DNA of 64,000 nt from Octopus sinensis. Taxonomy: Eukaryota. The stretch spans positions 78,334-142,333 of the forward strand of contig NW_021832222.1 of the NCBI RefSeq assembly GCF_006345805.1, in the 5' to 3' direction. Under the pieces are notes generated by a model, which saw nothing but the letters and a program-made list of their open reading frames with translations, ran no database searches and had not been told where the DNA came from. Positions 26,341-39,545 of this stretch are shown here, piece after piece. The translations under genes were made by a program, and so were the position numbers. Position 1 is the stretch's first letter. Each line of letters begins with the position of its first letter.

Positions 26341-29300
26341 TGTAGTAAGGGTCAAACTACTAAGTAAAGTCAACAAACTAATAAATTCTCCCAGCGAGAC
26401 GGAGGGAACAGCTGTTGCCACGCATGACAGCCAGCAGGATCCTCTGAATGAGGAAAGTAAATTCCCTAGGGTCCTTGGACCGCGAAGAACAAAGATTCCC
26501 AATTTCTTTAGGGAAGTGAGGGTCCGGAGCCAAAGACGCCGGAAGTCTCGACAACGATTGGCCAAAACCAAAAGTCATCCATCAAAGACTGATATTTCCG
26601 GCACTTCGAAAGCTCAGCCTTATTAGCACGAGACCCAGCAAGAGGCCGATTCGTTGATGAAAGACTTTGAGAAGGTATCCACACAAGTGGAATCCCAGAC
26701 CAAAGGTCTCCCAGAATAAAACGAGAACAACGTAGAGCCGTCCGGCCTTTTCCCGTCACCACGGTCGAGACCCTTAGGCTCAAGGACAGAAGGGTAGCCG
26801 GCCTTTTCGAGTGAGTCGAGAATGATTCTGTTAATCGCCGAATGGCGTGGAATACGACCCGCGCTTTTCTTGCAGGAGAGGGCATGGAGCCCGTATACGT
26901 CCATAGTAGATCCGCACCGGCAGGGGTGGGGACTACAGATCGGAAGTCCGAGGCGGAGGCAAATGCCAAAACGGAGAGCGTCGGAGTCAAGACAGGTGTC
27001 CAAATGGGTCGAAGGAAGGCAGTTAAGCCAAGAGCCAGAATGCGGTTGGCGGCTGGCACGGTAACAAGCCAGTCTGTGCTGGTTCAGGAGAGCCTCCAAC
27101 AAGTCCGCATGATGCTTACTAAGAATTTTATCCCATTCACGTTGGAGGGACCTATCAGAAGGGAACTCAAGCCCTTTTTCCTTCCAAGCAAAAGTGCAGA
27201 ATTAATATCAGAGTCCAAACGAGATCCGGCGATTTTTCAAGAATCTTATGGACAAGAAGATACAATCCTGAAGACGATGAAAGGAAAGCGGGAAGAGAAA
27301 TGTCGAGAGCCGAGCGGAGCCCAAGCCCACCAAAAGGAACAGGAAGTTTGGCCTGACGCCAACCGACATCATCGAACTTGACGTTAAAAATAATCTCGGC
27401 TGAAGAACGCACCAGAGCGTCAAAAGACTCCAAAGCAGAGGGAACAGAAAAGCAACAGGAACTCCTTAGGACATATTGATCCTCGGAATCAAAAGAAAGT
27501 TTTTTTGGATAAAAAAAGCGGGATGGGGATCGATGTCCACAAGTTTATCACAAAGAGAAGCAGAGCATTTCTCTTGGAATCGAGAATACGAGAGACCGAT
27601 TGGTGGTGGATCGGGGCACCCAGGATTCAAGTTCAGAATAAGAGGTCTGCCTCAGATCGGGCAAGAGGCCACGAAACTGGGCAAAAAGGTCTTCGAAGGT
27701 GAGGTCTTCGACGTTAAGATTAACGATTTCAGATTTTAGAGAATTGATTTCAAGACCAATAGATGACAACGCCGGAGTAGAGATTGCAAGTCGTTTAGCA
27801 AAATGTCGGGCGGACCACCAATAGTACAGTCGTCCAAATCCAAATATTAAGAGGGGACGCAATCCTGCGGGCGACAAAGTCCACCGAGAGGGCAAATAAT
27901 AAAGGACCCAAAGGATCGCCTTGCTGTACGCCACAGGAAGACGAAATGAAAGAATCGCCAGCAACCAAGAGGCTCGGGTTACCATAAGAAAGAAAAATGA
28001 AGGGCAGCAGAGAAGGAATTCTGGCCTTGCAAACCTCAAGAAGATGCTTTCTATTGAGCGAATTGAAAGCGTTCTTCACATCCAATTTTAATAATAACTG
28101 GGGCCGCTCTGAGAGACGAGCCGATTCAATGAAACACCGGGCAGCGTGGACCGAGGCCTCGCACCCACCAGGTACCCCCACACCCAACTGAATGGGCTGG
28201 AGTTCGTCGCTAATAGAAGGAATTACAAGCTTGCATCCGACCTTTGCAAACAAGCGACGAAAAACGTTCCCGACGGCAATAGGTCTGATGCCGCCGTCTT
28301 TCTTCCCCAAAGCAGACAGGTTCGCAGAGAAGAAGAGCAGTCTGGCATGCTCGGATATGTCCCCACGGAGAAATAGGTTACAAAGCTTGGCAATGGATTG
28401 AGAAAGACGGTTTCCAGCCTCAGCAGTATTGGAGATGAGGTCCATTAAGTGAATGGGACGGAGACCGTCAACACCACCACTACTGTTCCCCCTGAAAGAT
28501 TTCAAAGCAAACAAAAGTTGTTGGACAGATGAAGAGGCGATCGAGACCTCCTCAGGGGTCCGGGCACAAAAGGCAGGGACATCGCCAGCCGGGTGCTTGG
28601 CGCTGAGAATTTTGAGGACATCCGGGGTTATCGAACGGACGGAATCGGAGACGAAAGAATACGGACCGCAGAGCCGACATCATGCGCCATAAGGCAGGAA
28701 TTGACACGTTTGCGTAAACGAATACGATTATCTTTAAGAGTAGTTGGTTCATGGGACTTGCCCAGAAGAGGAGGCAGAATGAAGGAATCCTCCATGAACT
28801 TATTAATATTTTCCTTGATGGAAGAGGAAAGGGATTTTACCGAGCCCAAGCCTTGAACTGGGGAGCCCAGGGCAAATATGGCAAAGCAAAACAAACGGTT
28901 CCAATTCGGAATGGACTGAACACAAATGACTGACTCGATCAAAGCAGACAGAGCCTTCGCCGCGGAAAAACGGGCAGAACGAGGAATTCTTATAGGAATA
29001 CGATAGGACGCCCGGTAATCACGAGCGAGTCTTAAGACAGACTCTGGATTAAGCAGGAAGGGGTCCGGCGAAGGGATAGGATTAGTAAAATCAGAGGACC
29101 CGGTACAGATGGCAGGAGCGAAATATGACGGGGGGAAAGAAGAGCAAGCAGAGCAAACCCATCGGGAAGGGAAGAGGCAGATTTCTTAGAAAGCTTGATG
29201 CAGGATAAATGGAAAAGGCATAACAACAACGGTCACAACGGATGGTCTTTTTCCGATTATTACGGATATTGCAAACAGAAAGACAGACATAGATATGGAA

Positions 29301-29448
29301 AATTAGAATTAGCAATAAATGGATTATTGGTGAGATAGAAAGAAAGAGAAAGAGGAAAAGAAAAACAAAAAAGAGAAAGGGAAGCAACAATGGATTATTG
29401 GATAGCAAATAACAATGAAAAGAAAAAGAAAAAAGTGCACCACAACAG
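26307..29448 (-). mobile_element. CRE-clade non-LTR retrotransposon (PHD-like finger, RT, CCHC knuckle, RLE), frameshifted
   Basis: RT GGIRPIAVG, LGVGVPGGCEASVHAAR, LDVKNAFN, GVQQGDPLGPLLF; CRCG..HALSC knuckle; RPDG..VWDSTC RLE; 33-nt poly(A) (T-run 26306-26338); candidate TSD CAATAA(T) at 26300 and 29449. Confidence 0.85.
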
Positions 29449-29549
29449 CAATAATAGATTTACTAATGTATAAAATTACAATGCTATAAACTAGACATGG
29501 TTCAAGAAGTCTTAAGAAATCTTGGAAGCCAAGCTAAAGAATTGTTATC

Positions 29550-30720
29550 AGGATAGCTTTAGCTCTCTGGAAAAGCTTATCAGCTACTTTACGAAAATAA
29601 TTTTGGAAACAAAATCAAGAGCTATGCCCAAACGTGAATTACATTCAGCCAGCAAGTTGTCGAGGGAGGACTGCCTTGATTAAAGGATAAAATTATCTCA
29701 AGAAATCTAACCGAATGAAATTGGATATAAAGCTTCGGATCAGAACATTGAACTAATAAGGTCGAGAATAAAACCTGGAAGACCTAGAGATGACTCCGCC
29801 TCTTTTAGACATGTGTTTCCCTAACAAAAATTTTGGAAAGGTCGGTGCTTGGAAGAATAAATCAATTTTTGCCGGAAAGGCCATTTCAACGTGAGTTCAA
29901 AAATGAGAAATCCACGTATATATACTTATAGACATTGACTGATTTCATTCGTGTAGGATTTGCAGACAAACCGAGGCAATTAAAAACAGTGCTCTGTTCC
30001 GTCAATATACACAAAGCTTTTGACTAAGTTTCTAAGAAAAATCTATCATGGAAAATATTTTAAACAGAATCTCCAGGTAAGCTTAAACTACAGATCACCA
30101 ACTTTCTAGGTGGACGAAGAAGACTGAAGTCTATTTCACGTTTCACCTATCCCCTGGTCTATTAGATCTTTTCCTGGAAAACCTCCCGCAGATGACATTG
30201 TATTGGCTTTACGGGATCGAGACATCCAGAAGACCACTAAAATGTTCCAATTTAAACTGGATCGGCTAAATCACTCGCTAATGAATAACCGGCTCGTTGT
30301 GAATGCTGAGAAGTCATCTAAGAATAGGAAATGAGATAGTTCTTTTTAACCTGAACAATGTCATCATATCTTTCAACAAAGTCAGAGGATCTTAGAAATA
30401 ACTCTTGATATCCATCTCTGTTTTTCTCCAAATGTAGATAACATAGTTATGAAATACGAAAAGAAAATGAACGTGGTATAAACTTATTGGGAATATGGAA
30501 GAATAGTTCTCATCTGGTCTTGGCAAACATACATCGTCAATAAATCAAACCATGCTTGGAAACCGCTTTTATTTTTGACAAAAAGGAGGAAAATAAAAGA
30601 GGATAAATTAAGGTCGTATAGAAACAAACATTTCAGGCTGACCCCTCTGGAGGATCTGATTAATTTGAACTCTAGAATGACGGTTGTATCGTTCATGGGG
30701 TTCCTGGGAAAATTACCCAG
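29550..30720 (+). pseudogene. Degenerate LINE RT remnant, same broad family as 44180-46594
   Basis: LTDFIRVGF..VLCSVNIHKAFD, ITNFLGGR, ADDIVLA; stops and frameshifts; boundaries approximate. Confidence 0.6.
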
Positions 30721-30804
30721 CAAAGATGAGGTCGCTTGTAAAGTTGAAAAATATAACAGAAAAAAAGTTTATTTCCCAAAATAACGAAAAAAACTCAACC
30801 AAAA

Positions 30805-31853
30805 TTATTTGCTGTAATTATAGAAGCCTTGTTTGGTCTTGACCCCCAACTTCCCCTCAGCCACCAATCTATCCAAAACACTGATCGACTTAAACTGAGG
30901 ATTGTCTGGCTGAGCCTGCGCCCAAACTAAAACACATTCCAAAATAAAAATGCCAACAGTCAAGAATGAACTTGATAGTATCGAGGCCAATCAGATCCGA
31001 CAATTCAAAAGGTCCAATTGGGTAATTTGCTCCCGCTTTCATAGCAGTGTCGATATCTCTCAACTCAGCATCCCCTCTGTCGTACATTAACATGGATTCT
31101 ATGAGATATGGCAAAAGGAGACGGTTCACAATGAATCCTGGAGTGTCCTGTTACTGTTGGAAATAAAAAACAAGCCTTGCATTGGACAAATGTCTTTCCT
31201 AAAGACTCGACATATTTTTTTAGCATTTCAATTGTGTTTTGACTGGTTTTTGTGAGTTTTACTACCTCGACCAATTTCATTATTGGCACAGGGTTAAAGA
31301 AATGGAGTCCTACGCATCTCTCAATCCCGTCGATTCCTTCCATAATATCACCGACGGGCAACGAGGATGTGTTGGTTGCAAAAATTGTGGATTTTTGGCA
31401 CATTTTTTGCAAAGATCCGAAAATTTGTTTTTTTACTTCCAATTTTTCAACGACGGCCTCGATAACTAAATCCGCAGATTTGGCCACACCCATAATGTTT
31501 GAGGTGAAATTTATAGATTTATCACAACTGTTGATTCTACTTATTTCTTCCTGGAATTTTTTATTACAAAAATCAACTTCGGAAGCCCCGAAGATTTCAG
31601 TTTCCTGGCACTCAATTTGAGTCCCCGAGATATCATGGATTGGCTTTTTGATAAAATTTCTGAGTTCATATCGACCACACTGACTTGATAGCCACCAATT
31701 GCGGAGACCTTGGGTTCACTTAACTATTTAAACTTGAGCTATTCCTGATCCCATTTGGCCTCCGCCGATAATTAAAATGTTTTTTATTCCGAGATTTTGA
31801 CTGGAACTGAGATATCGAGCAACAATTTTGGCAATTTTTAAATTTAGTACCAT
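30805..31853 (-). CDS. HADH: Mitochondrial 3-hydroxyacyl-CoA dehydrogenase
   Basis: Presequence-like N-terminus, [79 protein letters not shown]. Confidence 0.93.
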
Positions 31854-32791
31854 TCACGACAGAAAACCAAAACAATAAAAAATATTTTTAATCAACATAT
31901 TTTGTAAATAAATCCAGAATATGTAAAATAAACTATATAAAAAACAGCTCATAAAAGTACAACGATTACTGAAGGGAAATGTCAATTCAAATAAGTGCTT
32001 ATCGATTTTTATGAAGAAGTGATTTTAATAATATGCGAGGACTATATTTCTCATGAATGATTGTTTATAGGAAGGTGATCTGCGATTGACATGAGACACG
32101 ACTTAGGTCATTTACATTTATGATAATTACAGTCAGAATAAAAAGGCGGATTATAATGAATCCTAATGGTCAGAGAGCCGAGAAAAGGGCAATTAATCGG
32201 CACAGCGGAAATGATTTGGGCTGGAAACTAATATTTCTATTATGGATTGTAGATTTTATTGAAAATTTGGTCACAAAATGGATTATGTTAAAAAATCAAT
32301 TCTGATTAATGAAAAATGTCAAACTTGTGACCTGTTCTAAATTATGTTATCAAGTCAGTGGAAAAATAAAAGAATTTCAAATAAAGGAAGAAAATTCCCA
32401 AAAGTTTGTGCCAATATTGAAAACCAAACTTAATAATAAACGTGTCAATAATACTTGTATTAATGAGACAATGTAGGGAAGCCACGGTCTCTTATGCCGC
32501 ATGAATGTGACCAGAATCCTTACACATTCGTCCTTTAACAATGTCGTCCAAAGTTTTAATTTTACAAATATTCGATTTATTTATGGATTTTTTAAATTTA
32601 TCAATTTTTATACGACTGACATGAATTGTGAGAATTTGTTGAAAAATATGATTTTGGCACAATTAATGTTAGCCAATTGACTCATCATGAATTATTAGAA
32701 TTTAATTATTAAATTGTTTATATTATAAAAGAATTAATTTTTAAAAAATATTATAAATAAACTTTGTGTCTTTAAGGCTATTGTCCCACTA

Positions 32792-33668
32792 ATGGATGGT
32801 TATGACTACATTTATAAAAGTAAGATATATTGGCTTTTATATTTAATAATCAAAAACGAAAAATATTCCAAAAAGCATAAATTATGTAGCAATTGTGGTC
32901 TATATTTATTACTAGCAATTAATCCTGTGGTATTATAACTTCCTCCTATAGTTGTACTGGTCGGCGATTCGTCCGTCGGTAAAAGCAATCTTCTCTCCAG
33001 GTTTACCAAAGATGACTTTAATCTCGAATCCAAAAGCACAATCGGTGTTGAATTCGCCACCAAGTGAGCTATTATATATCACTACTTTTCACACCTGACT
33101 TATTTTCTTAGAACAGTTGTCTTGGATGACGGAGTTCGAATAAAGGCACAAGTGTGGGACACGGCTGGACAGGAGCGATACAAAGCAATAACCAGCGCGT
33201 AGTGTCCAGTCCATATTTGTAGATACTACAGGGGTGCGGCTGGGGTTATGTTAGTCTATGATATAACCAAACACAAAACATATGAGAACTGCACTGAATG
33301 GCTTAAAGAATTAAAAGAACATGTCGATTCTTCTGCTGTTGTACAACTGGTCGGGAATAAAGAGGATTTGCAGCATTTGAGAGCAGTTTCTGCCAAAGAA
33401 GGTGCGAGTTTCGCTGGTTATTTGTTTGGGATATTTCGTAGAGGAAAATGGTTTATTTTTCATGGAGACGTCAGCTTTGGGGAATGTGAATGTCGAGGAA
33501 GCATTTGGAATTGTATTGAAGGGTGAGTTCACTTTTATTTATTGGAAAGAAATATTCAAGCGAAAGTCGCATAATTTGGCCAAGGATATTGAGGTGGGTG
33601 CAATCAAGCCATCATCACAAACTGTCTCCCTCGGCAAACAATCAAATCCCAACAAAAAGTGTTGCTGA
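32792..33668 (+). CDS. RAB11: Rab11-family small GTPase
   Basis: [58 protein letters not shown]-terminal CC; introns of 132, 48 and 24 nt plus two further small introns. Confidence 0.9.
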
Positions 33669-33788
33669 TAAATATTAAGTTTATTTCATATGATTCTGGC
33701 TTAATACTAATAAAGTTATTTTACGACTTTGTAAATGAAGTAGGAAATTACTTAATGCAACAAATAATTAGTAGTGTTAGTACAACAA

Positions 33789-35445
33789 TCACGTCCTCAA
33801 CCAGTACATTTGTGTGCGCAAGTTATTGTAGTTCGCCAACGTCTCCGTAGGACCTGCAACCTCAGGAATCAGCAACACCAACCAACTGCAGCCAATACAG
33901 GACACTGGTCGTACACGTAGCGATGGACAGTCTCCCTTAAAGCCTGAGTACTCACTGCCTCAATTCTCGACTCCAATTCATGCATTGGAAGAATCCTCTC
34001 ACAGTAAAACACATCCCTGATAAACCAATCACACCCACCTGGCCATATCCCAACAACGCTTTGTAGGATTAGTCCAATCCATCAATAAACGAGTTCTTAG
34101 AGACGCTCGAGCTCTTTCCACCTCGAATTGACTTATGTTAGAGGACTGTCTCATCCATTCTTGCTGTACAGCCTGCACTAACGAGTATACTGTCGAACGA
34201 GGAGCCACAATATACTTCCCCCTATCAATGAAATGACCAAACAACCACAGCCCAGTCGACTTGTAACATAAATTGAAAGGAGAGACGACCTCCCCCAATC
34301 CAGCCGCCTTCCTCAAAAGAGGAGACGCCAAATCAGCCCCTCCTGCACTTTCCGAGGCACTCCACTGCCCAGTCAGTGCATTGGCCACATCCAAGGCAAT
34401 TCTCGAGTCAATCGCGGAATACCGCGGTCCCTGAACTGCCAAAGCCACATGTGCATAGTCCATGTCATCATCTCTCAACTTCATCTATGAAATATGACTG
34501 CTAAATCGACATCTGAGCCAGTATAACGAAAGTTCTCAGTCAAATTGGGCACGGAATGTTCATATGTGTTCTCCAACTCTCCAAAAAGTCTTTCTCCGGT
34601 TTTTAAAAGTTCATTTTGGCTGAAACTTCCACCCGATCCTACCAAAACCATCCGAGTTGGCTTAAAATGAGTTTTTGCGAATTCTCTCAACAAAAACCGA
34701 TCCAAAGAACTTTTATAACTCAAAAAATGACCACCGAATATTATTTGTGGGACCAAATGAAGACTGGCCGAGAGCTGTGCCCTGATAGGCCGTGGAGTGC
34801 AAATAGTCCATCACAACCGTCTCATAGTCACTTTCCAATTCCTAAAAATATAAATTTGTGAAAATAACTCCGAGATTTTGAAGAATTTCTCTTCTTGCAT
34901 TTTCTACATCAATTTCCTCAAATTTGGCATTCAAAATGAGGTCGGAAAGTATTTCAAGGGCTAATAAAGTATTAAAACTAACAAAACCTTTATCGGAGTC
35001 CTCAGAATTGCAGTTTATGACATAACCTGATATTTCACGTGATATATATAGTCGAGGACAGCTCCCATGCCTTCTACCTCCCGTTTAAGTTGATCTCTGT
35101 TCCTTTTGAATGTCCCCTTGGTGGTCAAAATGGGTTTCCGTACCCTGAAAGCCACGTTGGCTATAAAATTGGTGATTCCGTTATTTGTGGTTGATTCATT
35201 CGCGGAACCGACGTCGATAAAAATTCCGATCTGTGATTTTAGGGGTAAGTAGGACTGAGGAGTTTAGACTGGGGCTTGGCTGGGTGGCTATTCTTAGTCC
35301 ATTCTTGAGTGTGGTTAGATTGGATGTATCGAGTGATCTTACTGTTTGTGGATATGTTGATGTATTGAAATATCTTTTTGAAATATTTTTCTATTTAATT
35401 ATATTTGATATAAAATACCGAAAGGCAATTAAACAGGTTCCACAT
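33789..35445 (-). CDS. M16 family MPP-beta/UQCRC1-like protein lacking the HxxEH motif
   Basis: LKNGLRIAT, IGIFIDVGSANE..NNGITNFIANVAFRG, RFTGSDV-type linker, YVYDQCPVLAAVGP..YNNLRTQMYWLR stop. HxxEH is replaced by NFIAN. Confidence 0.88.
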
Positions 35446-35646
35446 GAACACACAAGTGAATTAATATTGTAAAAATACTAAATTAATCTAAAATAATTAC
35501 TCTAGGTAAAAAATTAAATTTTTTAAGTATGAGAACTCAATTGTCGATTCGATGCCATTTTCAAGTTAATTTGTCTATTAAAAGCTTCAAATTGCAAACA
35601 TAAAAATCAAATTTGTAATTACGAAAGTCAATGTTGCAATCAGATA

Positions 35647-37449
35647 CAGTAGACTATTCATTTAACGAAAATGAAAATTGAGCATTCGTTAAATGAATTT
35701 AACGAAAAAAATATTTTAATTAAAAATTTGTCATGTAATCGGTAATTTTAGGTTCCTTCTTTTTAATTTTTGCCAATATATTTCTCAAATTTGTAATTAG
35801 GTGAATATGTTCACCAGATTCTTGCAAAAAATATTTTTCAATATTTTCCAAATATTTAAGTGCATCTGCATAACCAATGGGATTGTCATTTGTGCTATCT
35901 ATTTCTTCATGCTCATTTTCTTCCTCACATTATATTGTATCAAGATACGCGTTTTCTTCGCAGACGACAGGTGCACAGACAGGAAACTCAATCATAATTT
36001 CACTTTTATTATCTTTAATTGTAAGGTGATTTAAATTTAATACCTTTTTCGTCAGTGGATTCTTCAAGTATTTTTTCATCTATCTTCGCCCAATTATTTA
36101 ATGCCTTGTTAAAGCAATTTTTGATAGTGTCACTGTGACTTCGTTCCAAGCCTCAATAATTAAAGGTAGAGCATTCACTAATTTGAATTTGGTAAGTTCA
36201 TCTGTATATGACAATGTTCCTATATTTGTTCCCATACTCAAATTTCTAGTCATTCCTTTTTTATACAACGATTTAAATGAATGCACAATCCCTTGATCAA
36301 TTGGTTGAATCTTAGATGTTGTCTTTTGAGGAAGAAAATACAATTCGATATTACTGAATTCGCTATCAAAATAGTGAACTGGCGCATTATCTAAAGGAAG
36401 CAAAATCTTTCTATTTCCACACTCATTTTGGAATTTAACCGGTCAACCCAGTTTTTAAAAATTAAACTGGTCATCCAAGATTTATTGCTATTTGCATATT
36501 GAATCCCAAGATTATTCATATTAATATTTTTAAAACCATGAGGATTTTTGAATTTTCCGATTACCAACGGATGCTCTTTATCTCCTTCCATATTTGTGTA
36601 TAATAACAGTGTTATTCGTTCTTTAGAAAATTTTCCTGAAGCCCTTGATTCGGAGTCAAGAACTAATGTTTTTTTTGGAGTACATTTGAAAAAAGGGCAG
36701 TTTCATCGCAGTTGTAAAAATTTTTCGATCCATATTTTTTAACATGGCTGCAAAGCGTTCATATGAATCTATAAGCAAAACGGGATCCACTATTGTTCTT
36801 CTCCAGAAATCGTGAGTGTTTTTATTTTATACTCTTCCTTAAAGCGTGAAATCCATGGGTGAGATGCTTTGAAATTTTCAATATAAAATCGTTGAGCAAT
36901 TTTGAGTGCCATTTCGCGTACCATTTCATTAGTTATGGTGTAATTACAGAAACGTTTGTTCTGAATCCATGCATATAGTGGTTCATATATCTTATCAGTA
37001 CAACTTTTAAATGTAATATTCTTTTTTTGTTTGTGACGCCTTGATCCATACAATTGCATTTTCTTCAACGTTGAATTTATCACTCCAATAGGCATATTAA
37101 ACCGCTGAGCCAAATTTTCTTGAGTAACAGCAGGATTATTCTTCTTGAAATCAATAACTTCAAGTTTTTGTTGAATTTGATAAGTTTTTCTTTTTTTCTT
37201 CATATTGTTCACCCTTGCACACATGATTTACTACAAAGAAATAGCGAGGAAAAATTATTTTAAAATTTTATCAAAAATTTTAATTTTCGTTATTTAAATA
37301 TTCGTTAAATATATTTAAATATTCACTAATACAAAGAAAAAAAAATTTTATTTTTGAATTTATCTAAGGAAAAACGTAAAAAAATATTTTGACTTTCGTA
37401 AAATGAATATTTTCGTTAAATTTTTTTTCGTTAAATGGATAGTCTACTG
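35647..37449 (-). mobile_element. Tigger/pogo-like DNA transposon, frameshifted transposase
   Basis: TIR CAGTAGACTAT(T/C)CATTTAACGAAAA at both ends; TA TSD; HTH plus CENP-B-type HTH (FKASHPWISRFK) and DDE_1 motifs (LLPLDNAPVH, LPQKTTSKIQPIDQGI). Confidence 0.9.
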
Positions 37450-37559
37450 TAATTATAAATGAATTACTCAGTTGGATTGAAGCTGAGCAAAACCAGTCGA
37501 CCTATAATAGCCAATGTAAATTCACCTGAAAATAAATAAAAGAGAATACATTATTTGGA

Positions 37560-37920
37560 TTTCCTGTTTAAAATAAGATCTGCTGGAAGAAGTTTTGTTA
37601 TGACTCCAAATTCGAGAGATTCTAACTTATATAAGTGCAATGTCTGCTTCAACATTGTTTAATTTTCAATGCAAAAGATGTTCTTACAGAGAAGATTGTA
37701 AAAATGGATGAAAGAATTAATTAATGAATGCAGGTCTTTACAAGATTCTACTTTTATAATTGACAATGCTCCTGTTCACAATCAATTGGAATCAATTGTG
37801 AAGCAGGAAGAAAATGTTGAACTTTTACGATTGGCTTATATTCGTACATATTAAGCCCGATTGAATTAACCTGGAGTACTTTTATAGCAGAAATAATAAA
37901 ATGCTAAGAGAAAGATGTCA
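37560..37920 (+). pseudogene. Tc1/IS630-type transposase remnant
   Basis: FIIDNAPVH followed by a degenerate L..YSP.LNPIE-like segment; boundaries approximate. Confidence 0.5.
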
Positions 37921-38087
37921 ATAATTCTATAGGCTAAGAATATTGGAAGAAATTGGGGTCAATAATTCTATATAGACCAAGAGGGCATAATGCCAAGATA
38001 AACTCTGGCCGCTGCTGCTCTAATAAGACTTGAATACTTATTTTCTCCGATTTTGTAATTTGTGAGTTTATATAAATGTGGAAAATA

Positions 38088-38674
38088 TGTGACATGGGCA
38101 ACGCGTTACACATGGGCAACCGGTTACAATTGTAGGTTGGTAGTAGGTGTTTATAGTAGGTTGGTAGTAGGTCTCTCAACAATTTATTCAGATTTGCATT
38201 TGTCAGACTTCTTTTTTATAAATCTTCAAAAGAAGTATGCGACAACTTAAGATCACTTTTCTACCTATATGGACCTTGAAAAGATTTTGCAATCAGATAA
38301 TGGTTCAGAATTCAAGAATGTGTCTCTGAGAGATCTATGCGAAGAGTTCAATCTAGTTCAGATACATGGAAGACCAAACAATCCCCGTACACAGGGGATG
38401 GATAAATTCGAGTCTCCTTTCTATCCGGGCGCTGAAATAATTAACATTTTATCAAGTAATCGAGTCGAGGCAAATCAATCATTTTTATTTAATAGATAAA
38501 ATATGATAAAGGAGAGATTTGGACGGTACCAATTGCAAGAGTAAAAAATGATTAATTTTAATATTTTTTGTTAAAATGCATTATTCTTTCAAGTTATTCG
38601 ATGATTAAAAATTGACATCTACAAGGTCAAAAATATAACCGGTTGCCTATACGTATCCAGCCGCCCATGTCACA
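38088..38674 (+). mobile_element. Internally deleted Ginger-like DNA transposon
   Basis: TIRs TGTGACATGGGC...GGCAACCGGTTA / TAACCGGTTGCC...GCCCATGTCACA; 5-bp TSD AAATA; integrase-core remnant ILQSDNGSEFKN..HGRPNNPRTQG. Confidence 0.82.
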
Positions 38675-38840
38675 AAATATACATTTAATTTATAATTTCT
38701 TTAACTATAAAGTCGAATCAAAGCAAATCCAATTCTTTAAGCATCACACGTGGGGAGTAGAATCAATCTTAGTTATTAAAAATGTGAATTTATATTCTTT
38801 TTTTATTGAAAAAACATGTTTTATGATCAAATAGAATTAT

Positions 38841-39545
38841 TTAAGACGAGTTTTTATCGAATTCATAGTTCATTTTTATAGTATCTTTAGCAACAACATT
38901 AAACTGTATTTTTACAAATCCCTGCGTCTGCACATTGACCACTATCAAAAATAAAAACAAAAAACTAAACATTGTCTGTCCTCTCCAGTGGCCAGGCGTC
39001 TCTCATCTACAAAAATAGGATACTTTCCCGATATTGCCGCCATAAATGAGCCATATGTGGAAGAAGACTTGGGAACAAACATTGGGATTTCAAGAACGTG
39101 ACTATTTCTGTTTGAATAATGTATTACTTTCCAGCGACAGTAGGAACATGGCATAATCCATATCCACAAACATGTTCACGACCAAAACTATCATACGAAC
39201 TGCATTCTACAATGATTTGTGGCCCTAATGGATTGTTGGGATATTCATACAGCCAAATGGATTTGTACTTTTAAAGGTTATGTCGATCGGGAAGTTGACA
39301 ACGAATTCTTTTCTGTAGTCAAAACTATGTCGGATCATTTGAGAGATTCCTTCTTCAAGACCCTCGAAAATATATATATACATGTACTGATATTCGTTGC
39401 CAGTCATCTCCATAAACGAATGAATATTTGCAGTATATTTCACTTTTTAGCGGGAACTGAAAATATTTATTTTTGAGAATACTTTGGCTGTTTCTATTTG
39501 ACCTTTTACCATCAGCATAAATACTGAAATTTCATTGCTTTGCAT
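38841..39545 (-). CDS. B9D1: B9 domain-containing protein 1 (ciliary transition zone)
   Basis: [73 protein letters not shown] after removing small introns. Confidence 0.92.

Noticed and set aside
26822-28856. Plus-strand ORFs overlapping the CRE element, and similar antisense ORFs over UBR, CCT7 and the LINEs
   Set aside because: Shadow ORFs on the reverse strand of more GC-rich coding sequence; no motifs.
31520-31600. Apparent frameshift in HADH
   Set aside because: A 38-nt GT-AG intron restores the frame without invoking an error.
32090-32460. Possible piggyBac transposase remnant
   Set aside because: Only faint similarity (GHLHFYDNY-like); no TTAA-bounded TIRs found.
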